A stretch of DNA of 64,000 nt from Longimicrobiales bacterium (GTDB taxonomy: Bacteria > Gemmatimonadota > Gemmatimonadetes > Longimicrobiales > Gaopeijiaceae), in NCBI GenBank assembly GCA_965116905.1, contig OZ220732.1, positions 608,001 to 672,000 of the forward strand. Reading direction: 5' to 3'. The notes under the pieces were generated by a model. That model was not told the origin of the DNA and made no database searches. It worked only from the letters and a program-made list of their open reading frames with translations. Both the position numbers and the translations under genes were made by a program. Positions within the stretch are counted from its first letter, which is position 1. Each line of letters starts with the position of its first letter. Positions 29,468 through 38,506 of this stretch are shown here, in pieces.

Positions 29468-29794
29468 GGCCAAGCCACGAAAGCGTTGAGCGTGAAGGCG
29501 GGGGACTGGAGGCTCTGTCCCGAAGCTGGGCAGGGAGCGAGAACCGGTTGGTTGTCAACACGTCTCCATCGAACCGAAGTAGGCGCGATGATCGGAAGAG
29601 AAGCGCGGAGGCGACCCTCGGGAGCGGGTAGGCAAACGCGACCGGAGGTGGCGCCGGGATTCCCGCCAATCAAGTCCGGCTTTCCCGCTGTCGCAGCACT
29701 GTCCAGCAGGGTCCAGCCCGATGGCAACAGTGACAGATCGTGCAGTTCTGATTGAACTTACGTGATCTCTTGCCGTGATTCAGGCCTTGGGTGC

Positions 29795-30198
29795 TCCGCC
29801 TGGCCAACACGGTGCTGCTCTGCCGGCGGCACCACCGGCTCGCGCACGAGGGCAGGGTCCGGATGGCGCTCGACCGGCGCGACCGGGCGGTGTTCTTCGC
29901 GCGCAGCGGGGCGGCGGTCGCAAGCGCGCCCCCGCTGCCGGAGCCGACGCTGCCTCTGCCGTCCCCGCCCCCGCTTGGGCCCGGCGAGATGTACAACGGT
30001 GCGGCACGGCTCCTGGACTCGGCGATCCCATGGGAGATCGAGGCCGCGGCACGGGAGGCGGTGGAGGCGGCACCGGAGGCGGGCGAGGTGGGCAAGCAGG
30101 CCGGCGAGCCTTGCAAGGCGGTGGAGCAGGTCGGCAGGGCCGACCGCAGAACCGACCGCAGACGCCAAGACACCCCGCCACCCGCCCAGGCCGCCTGA
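29795..30198 (+). pseudogene. HNH endonuclease C-terminal fragment of the DUF222 gene
   Basis: LANTVLLCRRHHRLAHEG motif; no preceding CxxC/HH part or credible start. Confidence 0.85.
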
Positions 30199-30399
30199 GT
30201 CCCACGTTTCCACGGCAAATCCAGGGACACCGGCATGTCGGGATGGGACACCAGGTCACAATTCAGAAGGAGCAGGAGCCGGGGACAACCGCCTCGACGA
30301 TGAACCCTTCGCCCCCGACCGGCACCCGGCGTACCTTGCAAGCAACCAGACGGCCGTGACCGGCTGTCGAAAGAGAGGATCAAAACGCCGAGGCTCACA

Positions 30400-31641
30400 A
30401 TGACGAACGTGACAATAACGCGACGGCATTTCACCCCGCCGCCCCTCGCCCTCGCTCTCGCGCTCCTGGTGGCCTGCAGCGACGCCGGGAACGAATCCGA
30501 CACCGGCGCTGTCGGAACCCTGGACGGCCCGGACGTGATCGTGAACGCCGTGACCGAGGAGGTCTTCGCCGTCGGCTCGGCCATGGCCACCGACTGGCAG
30601 GCTTTCGGCAACGTCCGCTCGGTCCACTTCGACGCGCAGGCCAACCTGCACATCTTCGACAGCAACGCCGATCACATCGTGGTGGTCGGGCCCGACGGGT
30701 CGCTGATCCGTACGGTCGGCGGGCCGGGCGAGGGACCCGGAGAGTTCGGCAACGTCACCACGGCGATCGTTGCGCCCGACGGCTCCTATACGGTGATGGG
30801 GTTTACGCGGATCGACCTTTTTGAACCCGACGGCGACTTCGTGCGCAGCATCACCATGGACCCGTTTACGACGGGAATGGTCATGGCCACCATGGCGCTT
30901 CCTGATGGCCGCCTGTTGACCGGCCAGATAATGCGCTTCGGCAGTGACGAGGAGGCTGACGAAGTGGGTCGCCCGATCCACATCTTTCCACTCGACGGCA
31001 CCGAAACGGAACTTCTCTACACTGCCTGGGAGTTGCCCGAGGAGGGCGGGGACGAAAGCACAGCCGAGTCGACGTCGGGTGGCACGCTCTTCCGCTTCGC
31101 GGCGGGCCGCGCCTTCGAGCCCCGCCTTCAATACGACCTTCTGACCGATGGCCGCCTCGCGCTGATCGATTCGATCGGTTACCGCGTCAAGCTCATCGGA
31201 CTCGACGGAAGCGTCACCGGAACCATCGAGCGGCCGATCGCGCCGCTGCCGGTCGACGATGCAGTCATGGAAGCCGAGCGCGCACGCTACAGTGAACGCG
31301 AGGCATCGGAGGTGGTGACCTCAAGCGGCGTCAACGTGCAGATCGAGCGGGAGGGCGTGGAGGGGCGTACCTTCGCCGACGAGTTGCCGGTGTTGTATGA
31401 CCTGGAGGTCGACTGGGAGGACCGAATCTGGCTGGAACGCTGGGGACCGACGGGCGACGACGACGGTCCGACCGACATCGTGACGCCCAACGGGGACTAC
31501 ATCGGCACCCTGCCACCGGACGGACTCAGGACACCGGACGCCTTCGGCCCCGGCGGACTCCTGGCCTATATCGAGACCGACGAAATGGACGTGCCGACCG
31601 TGCGCGTGCTCAGACTGGTTGCGCTGGAGCCGGAGGGGTAG
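30400..31641 (+). CDS. Lipoprotein, 6-bladed beta-propeller
   Basis: Lipobox LVAC; VGGPGEGPGEF; C-terminal DEMDVPTVRVLRL. Confidence 0.82.
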   Translation: MTNVTITRRHFTPPPLALALALLVACSDAGNESDTGAVGTLDGPDVIVNAVTEEVFAVGSAMATDWQAFGNVRSVHFDAQANLHIFDSNADHIVVVGPDGSLIRTVGGPGEGPGEFGNVTTAIVAPDGSYTVMGFTRIDLFEPDGDFVRSITMDPFTTGMVMATMALPDGRLLTGQIMRFGSDEEADEVGRPIHIFPLDGTETELLYTAWELPEEGGDESTAESTSGGTLFRFAAGRAFEPRLQYDLLTDGRLALIDSIGYRVKLIGLDGSVTGTIERPIAPLPVDDAVMEAERARYSEREASEVVTSSGVNVQIEREGVEGRTFADELPVLYDLEVDWEDRIWLERWGPTGDDDGPTDIVTPNGDYIGTLPPDGLRTPDAFGPGGLLAYIETDEMDVPTVRVLRLVALEPEG

Positions 31642-31674
31642 GGGCGTAGTCGGGGAGCCCTAGCGACGGGAGCC

Positions 31675-32745
31675 CTAGCCGCCGCTGACCTCCACTCCTA
31701 CCTCCGCCCCCTCCCCGCTTCCCAACCGCAGCGTCGCCGGCGGTTCCACCTCGCGCCGCACATACCCCAGCCCGATCGTCTGGCCGAAGCGCGGCGAGTC
31801 CGCGACCGAGGTCACGCGGCCCCGCACCCTGGTCCCGTCCGCCTCGAACAACTGCGCTCCCGGCCGGGCGGCGACGTCCCCGAACCGCAGCGCCCGCAAG
31901 TGCCAGTTCACCCGCCCGCGATGCCGGATCCGCACGATGACTTCCTGGCCGGTATAGCACCCCTTGTCGTGATCGAAAGCGACGTCGACCAGCCCCGCCT
32001 CGACGGGAATCGTGCCGTCGTCCATGTCGACGCCGAGCCGCGGAAAGCCGGCCTCGACCCGCAGGGTGTGCCAGACGCCCGACCCGACCGGAACCGCTCC
32101 GTGTCCTCGAAGCCGTTCGCACAAGTCTGAAAGCTCGTCCGCCCCCACCCACACATCCCACGACGGCACCTGCCGCACGCCTCGCGCCACCAGCGCCCCG
32201 GCTTCGCGCGCCTCGCCAGCGAGCGCCCCGTCGCCGAGCGGCCCACCGTCCACCAAGGCGAACCCTTCCTCCGGTGCAACCCCAAACGCGGCCGCGACCG
32301 TCTCGCCCGCGCCTGGTCCGACCACGGTTACCAGCCGCGTGGCCGGGCCGAGGTCTTCGTATCGTGCAAGCCTCGGGGGGAGAAACCGCCTGAAGTGGGC
32401 GAGGACAGCCTCCTGCGCGGCATCCGCGATACTCAACCCCAACCCCTCCTCCTGACCAGCACCCAGCCAGAGGGTCGTGACATCGGTCACCATGCGCCCC
32501 TTGGCCGTGAGAATGGTGCCATAGGCGGCGTCGCCCACGAGGGTCGTCGGGCCGTGGGCATCGTCGCGGATCACGGGCGCCTGTGGAATCCGGCTCGTGA
32601 CGATCCCGTCGAGCATCTGCACCGGGGCGCGGCCGTGGACACGCAGCAGCCGCCGATCGTCGCGGATCACCAGCCCGCACCCCTGCGTAGCCGCCCGGTA
32701 CTCGCCCGCGGGATCGCCGTAGTGGCGGCGCGCGCCCGGCGTCAC
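31675..32745 (-). CDS. ygfZ: Folate-binding YgfZ/GcvT family protein
   Basis: KGCYTGQE signature; LRVEAG; SPRFG..IGLGYVRRE. Confidence 0.88.
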   Translation of the reverse strand: MTPGARRHYGDPAGEYRAATQGCGLVIRDDRRLLRVHGRAPVQMLDGIVTSRIPQAPVIRDDAHGPTTLVGDAAYGTILTAKGRMVTDVTTLWLGAGQEEGLGLSIADAAQEAVLAHFRRFLPPRLARYEDLGPATRLVTVVGPGAGETVAAAFGVAPEEGFALVDGGPLGDGALAGEAREAGALVARGVRQVPSWDVWVGADELSDLCERLRGHGAVPVGSGVWHTLRVEAGFPRLGVDMDDGTIPVEAGLVDVAFDHDKGCYTGQEVIVRIRHRGRVNWHLRALRFGDVAARPGAQLFEADGTRVRGRVTSVADSPRFGQTIGLGYVRREVEPPATLRLGSGEGAEVGVEVSGG

Positions 32746-32796
32746 GGGGCGGTCCCCGCGCCCACCCGGCGGCTCGCAGTCCCGGGACGCGGCCTC

Positions 32797-33645
32797 CTAC
32801 CGCGCGCTGCCCGGCTTTCCACCCGTTTTCAGTTCCCGGACCAGCGCCTCCACCCGCTCCACGTCGCCGGCGGCGGGCGCAAAGGCGAGATACGTCTCCA
32901 GCTGGGTCACCGCCTCGTCCGCGCGGCCCAGACGCGCAAGCAGAAAGCCGCGGTCGCGGATCTGCTCGCGCGCGGTCGGTCGCACGACCAGAATGCGCTC
33001 GACGGCGGCCAGGGCCCGTTCGTGGTCGCCCGTACGATGGTGAATCCCCTTCAGGTTGAGCAGCAGGCGGACGATCATGTCGTGCTTGGACGCGGTCTTC
33101 AGGAAACGGTCGTCGAGGCGGGCGGGCCGGCCCAGCTGCTGGTGGAGCATCCGCCGCAGTTCCTTGCGCGAGCGGTCGACGCCGCCGTGGAAGGGGTCGA
33201 TCAGGAACGAGACCGCTTCGCCGCGAAAACGCACCAGGAAGTGCCCGGGGAAGTTGACGCCCTCGAGGGCCAGATCCAGGCGCCAGCCCACTTCCAGCAG
33301 CACGATGCCCAGGGTCAGGGGAATACCCAGGCCCCGGTCCAGCACGTCGTTGAGGTAGGAGTTGCGCGGGTCGTGGTAGTGGTCGCGGTTGCCGCGCAGC
33401 TTGCGCACCGAGAAGAGGTGCCTGACCGCCTCCGCGAGCACCAGCGCCGGGGCGCTCTCGCTGCCCAGACGGTCGCGGGCCTCTTCGGCGAGGATGTCGA
33501 GCCTTACCAGATACCGGTCGACGGGCAGCTGGTGGTACTCCTCGCGGGCCACAAGGAGCGCCGCGCGCGCGAGGTTCATGTCCTCCTCGGAGCGGTCAAC
33601 CTCACGGGCGAACTCGTGACGCGACGACCAGGCGGGTGCGCTCAT
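32797..33645 (-). CDS. SirB1-like transglutaminase-core protein with TPR
   Basis: NSYLNDVLDRGLGIPLTL, GVNFPGHFLVR, IDPF, RLLLNLK, RDRG. Confidence 0.9.
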   Translation of the reverse strand: MSAPAWSSRHEFAREVDRSEEDMNLARAALLVAREEYHQLPVDRYLVRLDILAEEARDRLGSESAPALVLAEAVRHLFSVRKLRGNRDHYHDPRNSYLNDVLDRGLGIPLTLGIVLLEVGWRLDLALEGVNFPGHFLVRFRGEAVSFLIDPFHGGVDRSRKELRRMLHQQLGRPARLDDRFLKTASKHDMIVRLLLNLKGIHHRTGDHERALAAVERILVVRPTAREQIRDRGFLLARLGRADEAVTQLETYLAFAPAAGDVERVEALVRELKTGGKPGSAR

Positions 33646-33735
33646 CGCGGCCCCCTGATGCTCCTGCTCATGGATCGGTCCTCATGCTACACAATCTACA
33701 CTCCTTGGGGGCCCGGGCGGTGTTACTTTGTCGGC

Positions 33736-34797
33736 ATGTCCACCGATACACAGGACCAGAGGCCCCGGATCCGGCTGAGCACGCTGTCGCACGGCGCCGG
33801 CTGAGCGTGCAAGCTCGGCCAGGCCGAGCTGGCGCAGGTGCTGCGTCATCTTCTGCCGACCGCGGATCCCCGGGTGCTCATCGACGCGTCAACCGGGGAC
33901 GACGCCGCTGTGTACCGTATCGCGGACGACCGGGCGCTCGTCGTGACGCTCGACTTCTTCACGCCGATCGTGGATCAGCCCTATGACTTCGGGCGCATCG
34001 CAGCCGCCAACGCGCTGTCGGACGTCTATGCGATGGGCGGGCGGCCGCTCTTCGCGCTCAATCTGTTCGCGTTCCCGCGCGACCTCCTGGGCGAGGGCCT
34101 CGCGGAAGAGATCATCCGCGGCGGCGTGGACAAGGCCCGGGAAGCCGGCATCCCGGTGCTGGGCGGCCACTCGATCGACGATGCCGAGCCCAAGTACGGG
34201 ATGGTCGCCGTCGGCGAGATCGACCCGCGTGCCATGCTCGCCAACGGCGGCGCGCGTGCCGGTGACGACCTCGTGCTCACGAAGCCGCTGGGGACGGGCA
34301 TCGTGGCGACCGCGATCAAGGCGGGGAAGTGTCCGCCGGCGCTCCTCGAAACCGCCGTCGAATCGATGGCACGGCTGAACCGGGACGCGGCTGCGGCGGC
34401 CGTCGCCGCCCGAGCCCATGCCGCGACCGACGTAACCGGCTATGGCCTGACCGGCCACCTGGGCATCATGGCGCGCGCGTCGGGGATCTCGGCGCGCGTT
34501 GAAGCCGCACGCGTGCCGGTGCTGGACGGGATCGCGGGGCTCGTCGACGCAGGGCATGTACCCGGCGGCACCCGCCGCAACCTGGCCGACGCCGAGCCCT
34601 TCGTCTCTTACGAAGGCGAAGTGTCCGACACGACCCGACTGGTCCTTGCCGACGCCCAGACCTCGGGCGGCCTGCTGGTGGCGTGCCCGCCGGAACGGAC
34701 GGACGGGCTGCTGGGCGAGCTGCGGGCCGGAGGCGACATCGCCGCCGTGATCGGGCAGATGACCGACGGAGCGGCGGGGCACATCCTGATCCGCTGA
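33736..34797 (+). CDS. selD: Selenide, water dikinase (selenophosphate synthetase), selenocysteine form
   Basis: RLSTLSHGAG-UGA-ACKLG at the catalytic Cys/Sec position (33802-33804); DDAAVY, DFFTPIVD, ANALSDVYAMGG, DVTGYGL, DAQTSGGLL. Confidence 0.95.
33805..33835 (+). promoter_or_regulatory. Candidate bacterial SECIS hairpin
   Basis: AGCTCGGC-CAG-GCCGAGCT stem-loop (33812-33830) beginning 8 nt after the UGA. Confidence 0.65.
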
Positions 34798-34800
34798 GCT

Positions 34801-37443
34801 TCAGGCCTGGATCGACGCCCCCGCCTCCTCCGGTCCGACCGGCGCGATCGCCGCGGCCATCTTGGGCTTCCTGGGCGCGCGCATCGCCAGTTCGACGACA
34901 CGGTCGAGGTCCTCGACCAGGTGCACGGTCAACTCGTTGCGCACCGCGTCGGGCAGGTCCTCCAGGTGAGCCTCGTTCTCGTTCGGAATGATGATCTCCT
35001 GGATCCCCGCGCGCACCGCGCCCAGCACCTTCTCCTTCACCCCGCCAATCGGCAGGACCCGTCCGGTCAGTGTCAGTTCGCCGGTCATCGCCAGGTCGGC
35101 GCGCACGTGTTGCCCCGACACGGCCGAGATGAGGGCGGTCGCCATCGTGATTCCCGCCGACGGCCCGTCCTTGGGAACGGCTCCGGCGGGGACGTGGATG
35201 TGGATTTCGCGCTTGTCGAGCGCATGCTCGTCGATATTGAGCTCCGCGTAGTTGCTCTTGGCATACGACAGCGCGGCCCGGGCGGACTCCTTCATGACGT
35301 CCCCCAGCTGGCCGGTGAGCACCAGGCCGCCTTCGCCCGGCATCACGCTGGCCTCGACGAACATGATGTCGCCGCCCATCGGAGTGTAGAACATGCCCGT
35401 GGCGACACCCACCGCGTCGTGCGCGGCCCGCCGTTCCGGATGAACCCGGGGACGGCCCAGCAACTCCTCCGCAATCGCGGGGGTGATTTCCATGCCCTCG
35501 CTTTCGGCGGCGGCGATCTTCCGAGCCACCTTCCTGGCGAGCTTGCCCAGCTCGCGCTCCAGCTGCCGCACGCCGGCCTCGCGGGTGTACTTCTGGATGA
35601 CGGCCAGAATCGATTCGCGCTGGACCGCGAGTTCGTCCTCGCGCAGTCCCGACTCGCGCAACTGACGGGGAAGCAGGTAGCGCAGCGCGATCTCCGACTT
35701 CTCCGTCTCGGTGTACCCGCGGAACTCGACCGTCTCCATCCGGTCGAGCAGCGGCGCCGGGATCCGGTCCTCGTAGTTGGCGGTCGCGATGAAGAGCACC
35801 TCGGAAAGGTCGAACGGAACCCCGAGGTAGTGGTCGATGAACGTCGAGTTCTGCGCGGGGTCCAGCACCTCGAGCAACGCCGCGCTCGGGTCGCCCTGGA
35901 AGGAGACGCCCAGCTTGTCGACCTCGTCGAGGAGGAAGACCGGGTTCTTGCTGCCGGCCTCCTTCATCCCCTGCACGATCCGTCCCGGCATCGCGCCCAC
36001 GTAGGTGCGGCGATGCCCGCGGATGTCAGCCTCGTCGCGCGCTCCGCCGAGCGAGATGCGGACGTACTTCCGGCCCACGGAACGGGCGATCGAGCGCGCG
36101 ATGCTCGTCTTGCCTACGCCCGGCGGTCCCACGAAGAGCAGGATCGGCCCCTTGCCGCCGTTGGTCAGGGGGTCGGGGAGGGTGAGGTCGTCTTCGGCGG
36201 GGTCTGAGGCGGCATCGGCCGAGGCGGTTTCGTCGGAGGCGGCTTCGTCCGACGCGGTTTCGTCCGACGCGGCTTCGTCCGACGCGGACTCGGCTGAGGC
36301 GGGCTCGGCGGCATCGGCCGGGGGGTCGTCAGCCACGTCGCTTGCGGCTGCCGCTTCGTCGTCGGCCGCGGGATCGGCGGCGGCGTCGCCGGCGGCCTCC
36401 TCCTCTTCAAGCCGATCCTGCTGCAGCTTCCGCACCGCGAGGAACTCGAGGACCCGGTCCTTCACGTCTTCGAGGCCGTAGTGGTCCTCGTCGAGGATCT
36501 CCTCGGCCCGGTGCAGGTCGATCTTGTCGTCCGTCCGGTCGCTCCACGGCAGCTCGGTGATCCATTCGAGGTAGGTACGGATCACCTGGTACTCGGCCGC
36601 CTGCGGGGACGTGCGGTCGAGCCGCCGCAGCTCGCGCTCGACCTCGTTCCGGGCGACTTCGGTCAGTTCCAGCTTCGCGATCCGGTCCCGCAGCTCCTCG
36701 ACGTCGTCGCGGTCCCCCTCTTCGCCCAGCTCCTTGCGGATCTGCTTCATCTGTTCCCGCAGCAGCATCTCGCGCTGGCGCTCGCCGAGTTCCTCCTGGA
36801 CCTTGGCCTGGATATCCTCCTGCGCGTCGATCCGGACCAGCTCGCGTTCGACGGCCACCAGCGCCGCCCGCATCCGGTCCTCGTCGCCCAGCGTCTCCAG
36901 CAGCTCCTGCTTCTCGTCGGTGGGAAGGTCCAGGTAGAACGCCACCAGGTCCGCGAAGGACCCGGGGTCGTCCACGCCCTGGATCAGCTGATTCAGCGCC
37001 TCGGCCGACACGCCCCGGCGCGTGCCCAGCTCGGCGGCGCGCTCGCGCAGTTCGCTGTCCAGCGCCTTGACTCCGGGGTCGGCGGGATCGGGGATCGCGT
37101 GCCGCTCCATGGGCACCAGCGTGGCGCGCAGCATCGCTTCGCCGTCGTCCACGAAGGCGACCGCGCGGGCGCGCGATTCTCCCTGGACGAGCAGCTGAAT
37201 GCCGCCCCGGACGCGGTGCGTCTGGATGATCCTGACGACGGTCCCGACCGCGTAGAGAATCTGCGGATCCGGATCGTCCTGGTTTTCGTTCTGCGCCACC
37301 GCAAAGAGGCGGCGGTCGCCTTCGAGCGCCTCCTGCACGGCCTCGACCGTGCCGGGGCGACCGGCGGATATCGGTACCGCAACGCCCGGATACACGACCG
37401 TGTCGCGCAGGGGCATGACGGGTAATGTGAACCTTCGGCTCAT
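34801..37443 (-). CDS. lon: ATP-dependent protease La (Lon)
   Basis: LPVMPLRD N-domain, DHYGL, GPPGVGKTS, RGHRRTYVGAMPG, PKDGPSAG, IGGVKEK. Confidence 0.97.
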   Translation of the reverse strand: MSRRFTLPVMPLRDTVVYPGVAVPISAGRPGTVEAVQEALEGDRRLFAVAQNENQDDPDPQILYAVGTVVRIIQTHRVRGGIQLLVQGESRARAVAFVDDGEAMLRATLVPMERHAIPDPADPGVKALDSELRERAAELGTRRGVSAEALNQLIQGVDDPGSFADLVAFYLDLPTDEKQELLETLGDEDRMRAALVAVERELVRIDAQEDIQAKVQEELGERQREMLLREQMKQIRKELGEEGDRDDVEELRDRIAKLELTEVARNEVERELRRLDRTSPQAAEYQVIRTYLEWITELPWSDRTDDKIDLHRAEEILDEDHYGLEDVKDRVLEFLAVRKLQQDRLEEEEAAGDAAADPAADDEAAAASDVADDPPADAAEPASAESASDEAASDETASDEAASDETASADAASDPAEDDLTLPDPLTNGGKGPILLFVGPPGVGKTSIARSIARSVGRKYVRISLGGARDEADIRGHRRTYVGAMPGRIVQGMKEAGSKNPVFLLDEVDKLGVSFQGDPSAALLEVLDPAQNSTFIDHYLGVPFDLSEVLFIATANYEDRIPAPLLDRMETVEFRGYTETEKSEIALRYLLPRQLRESGLREDELAVQRESILAVIQKYTREAGVRQLERELGKLARKVARKIAAAESEGMEITPAIAEELLGRPRVHPERRAAHDAVGVATGMFYTPMGGDIMFVEASVMPGEGGLVLTGQLGDVMKESARAALSYAKSNYAELNIDEHALDKREIHIHVPAGAVPKDGPSAGITMATALISAVSGQHVRADLAMTGELTLTGRVLPIGGVKEKVLGAVRAGIQEIIIPNENEAHLEDLPDAVRNELTVHLVEDLDRVVELAMRAPRKPKMAAAIAPVGPEEAGASIQA

Positions 37444-37490
37444 GTCTGTGCTCTCTTGGCGTCCCGTGTTCGGGGTGATAATGGGCCTCA

Positions 37491-37625
37491 CGCCAGAACC
37501 CTGCCAGAGTCTTACGACGATCTCTGCGGTCAGGTTACCGGAACGTTACTGCCGAAATGGCAGGATTCGATCATCAAATCGGCCATTTTGGCAGGAAATC
37601 GGCGCTGATTCTGCCATTTTGGCGG
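37491..37625 (-). promoter_or_regulatory. Putative sigma54 -24/-12 promoter plus three CTGCC-N5-GGCAG palindromes upstream of lon
   Basis: Minus strand TGGCAGGGTTCTGGCG (GG-N10-GC); palindromes start at 37549, 37580 and 37611. Confidence 0.55.
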
Positions 37626-37666
37626 GGTGCATTGCGTCCGGTTCGCCACCCAGCCGGCCAGTCCGC

Positions 37667-38506
37667 CTATCTCACCCGGATCTCGGCGGCGCGCGACGGT
37701 GCCGCGGCGGCAAAGTACCCGTAGACTCCTTCGCCGTCGATGCCGAACCCGGGCCAGGGCTCAGGCAGCGGGAAGCTGCTCGTGTACTTCACGAAGTTGG
37801 TGTAGTTCCAACCGATTCCAAGCAGCCTCAGCGACACGCGCATCGGCCTGTCGCGGTACCGCAGGGAGAGGGTGTCGGTCCCGGCACCCGTGAGGGTTGA
37901 GGGAACGAGGTCGAACGGACCTGTGTCGACCTGTACCTCCGCTCCGTCGTCAGCGGTCTCGAAGGCGGACGGGATCTCGGCCCACAGGGTGCCGATATCG
38001 GGGTCGATCCCGTAGCGAACCACGACCTCGACCCGGCGCTCCTGGGAGGGCGGCGGCAGTGTCACGGTGTCGCCCGGCTCCAGCAGAACCGGTGTCTCGG
38101 GCACGACCACGGAGCCGGTGAATCCGCCCGGTAGCGCGGCACCCACCATCCCATACCGGGTCCTAGGCCGAATCGGCTCTGGAAGCATGGCGCGGAGACA
38201 GGTTGCCGGCCCGGGCCACTTGTCCGAACTGGCGACCGTGCACGACTCCACCGGCAGAGTTTCCGAGAGTCCCGCCGTCCATCCGGGCCCCTGAAGCACC
38301 GCGTCCACCACTGGCGGGCTGTCGGTGAGTGCCCGGTGCGGATGCATCGCCAGCATGCGGGCGGAGTTCTCACCTGCGACGAGCATGATCGCCACGGTGA
38401 CCACGTCGGGGTCTGCCTCAAGCGGATCGGGCGGACGGATGAAGCCGTCACAGGCCGCCGAGAGCAGCAGGAGGGATCCCAGGGGGAAAAGCGCACGCGC
38501 CCTCAA
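37667..38506 (-). CDS. Lipoprotein partner of TonB-dependent receptor (DUF4249-like)
   Basis: TTG start overlapping receptor stop, lipobox SAAC, C-terminal GVYGYFAA. Confidence 0.7.
   Translation of the reverse strand: MRARALFPLGSLLLLSAACDGFIRPPDPLEADPDVVTVAIMLVAGENSARMLAMHPHRALTDSPPVVDAVLQGPGWTAGLSETLPVESCTVASSDKWPGPATCLRAMLPEPIRPRTRYGMVGAALPGGFTGSVVVPETPVLLEPGDTVTLPPPSQERRVEVVVRYGIDPDIGTLWAEIPSAFETADDGAEVQVDTGPFDLVPSTLTGAGTDTLSLRYRDRPMRVSLRLLGIGWNYTNFVKYTSSFPLPEPWPGFGIDGEGVYGYFAAAAPSRAAEIRVR

Larger units (their letters stand above)
25637..30237. mobile_element. Inverted-repeat-bounded DUF222/HNH (REP13E12-like) element with central cargo
   Basis: 37-bp inverted repeats at 25637-25673 and 30201-30237 (36/37 match); split DUF222 and HNH halves inside. 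Confidence 0.65.

Noticed and set aside
33802..33804. selD as a nonsense pseudogene
   Set aside because: The TGA is exactly at the catalytic Cys/Sec codon with a downstream hairpin
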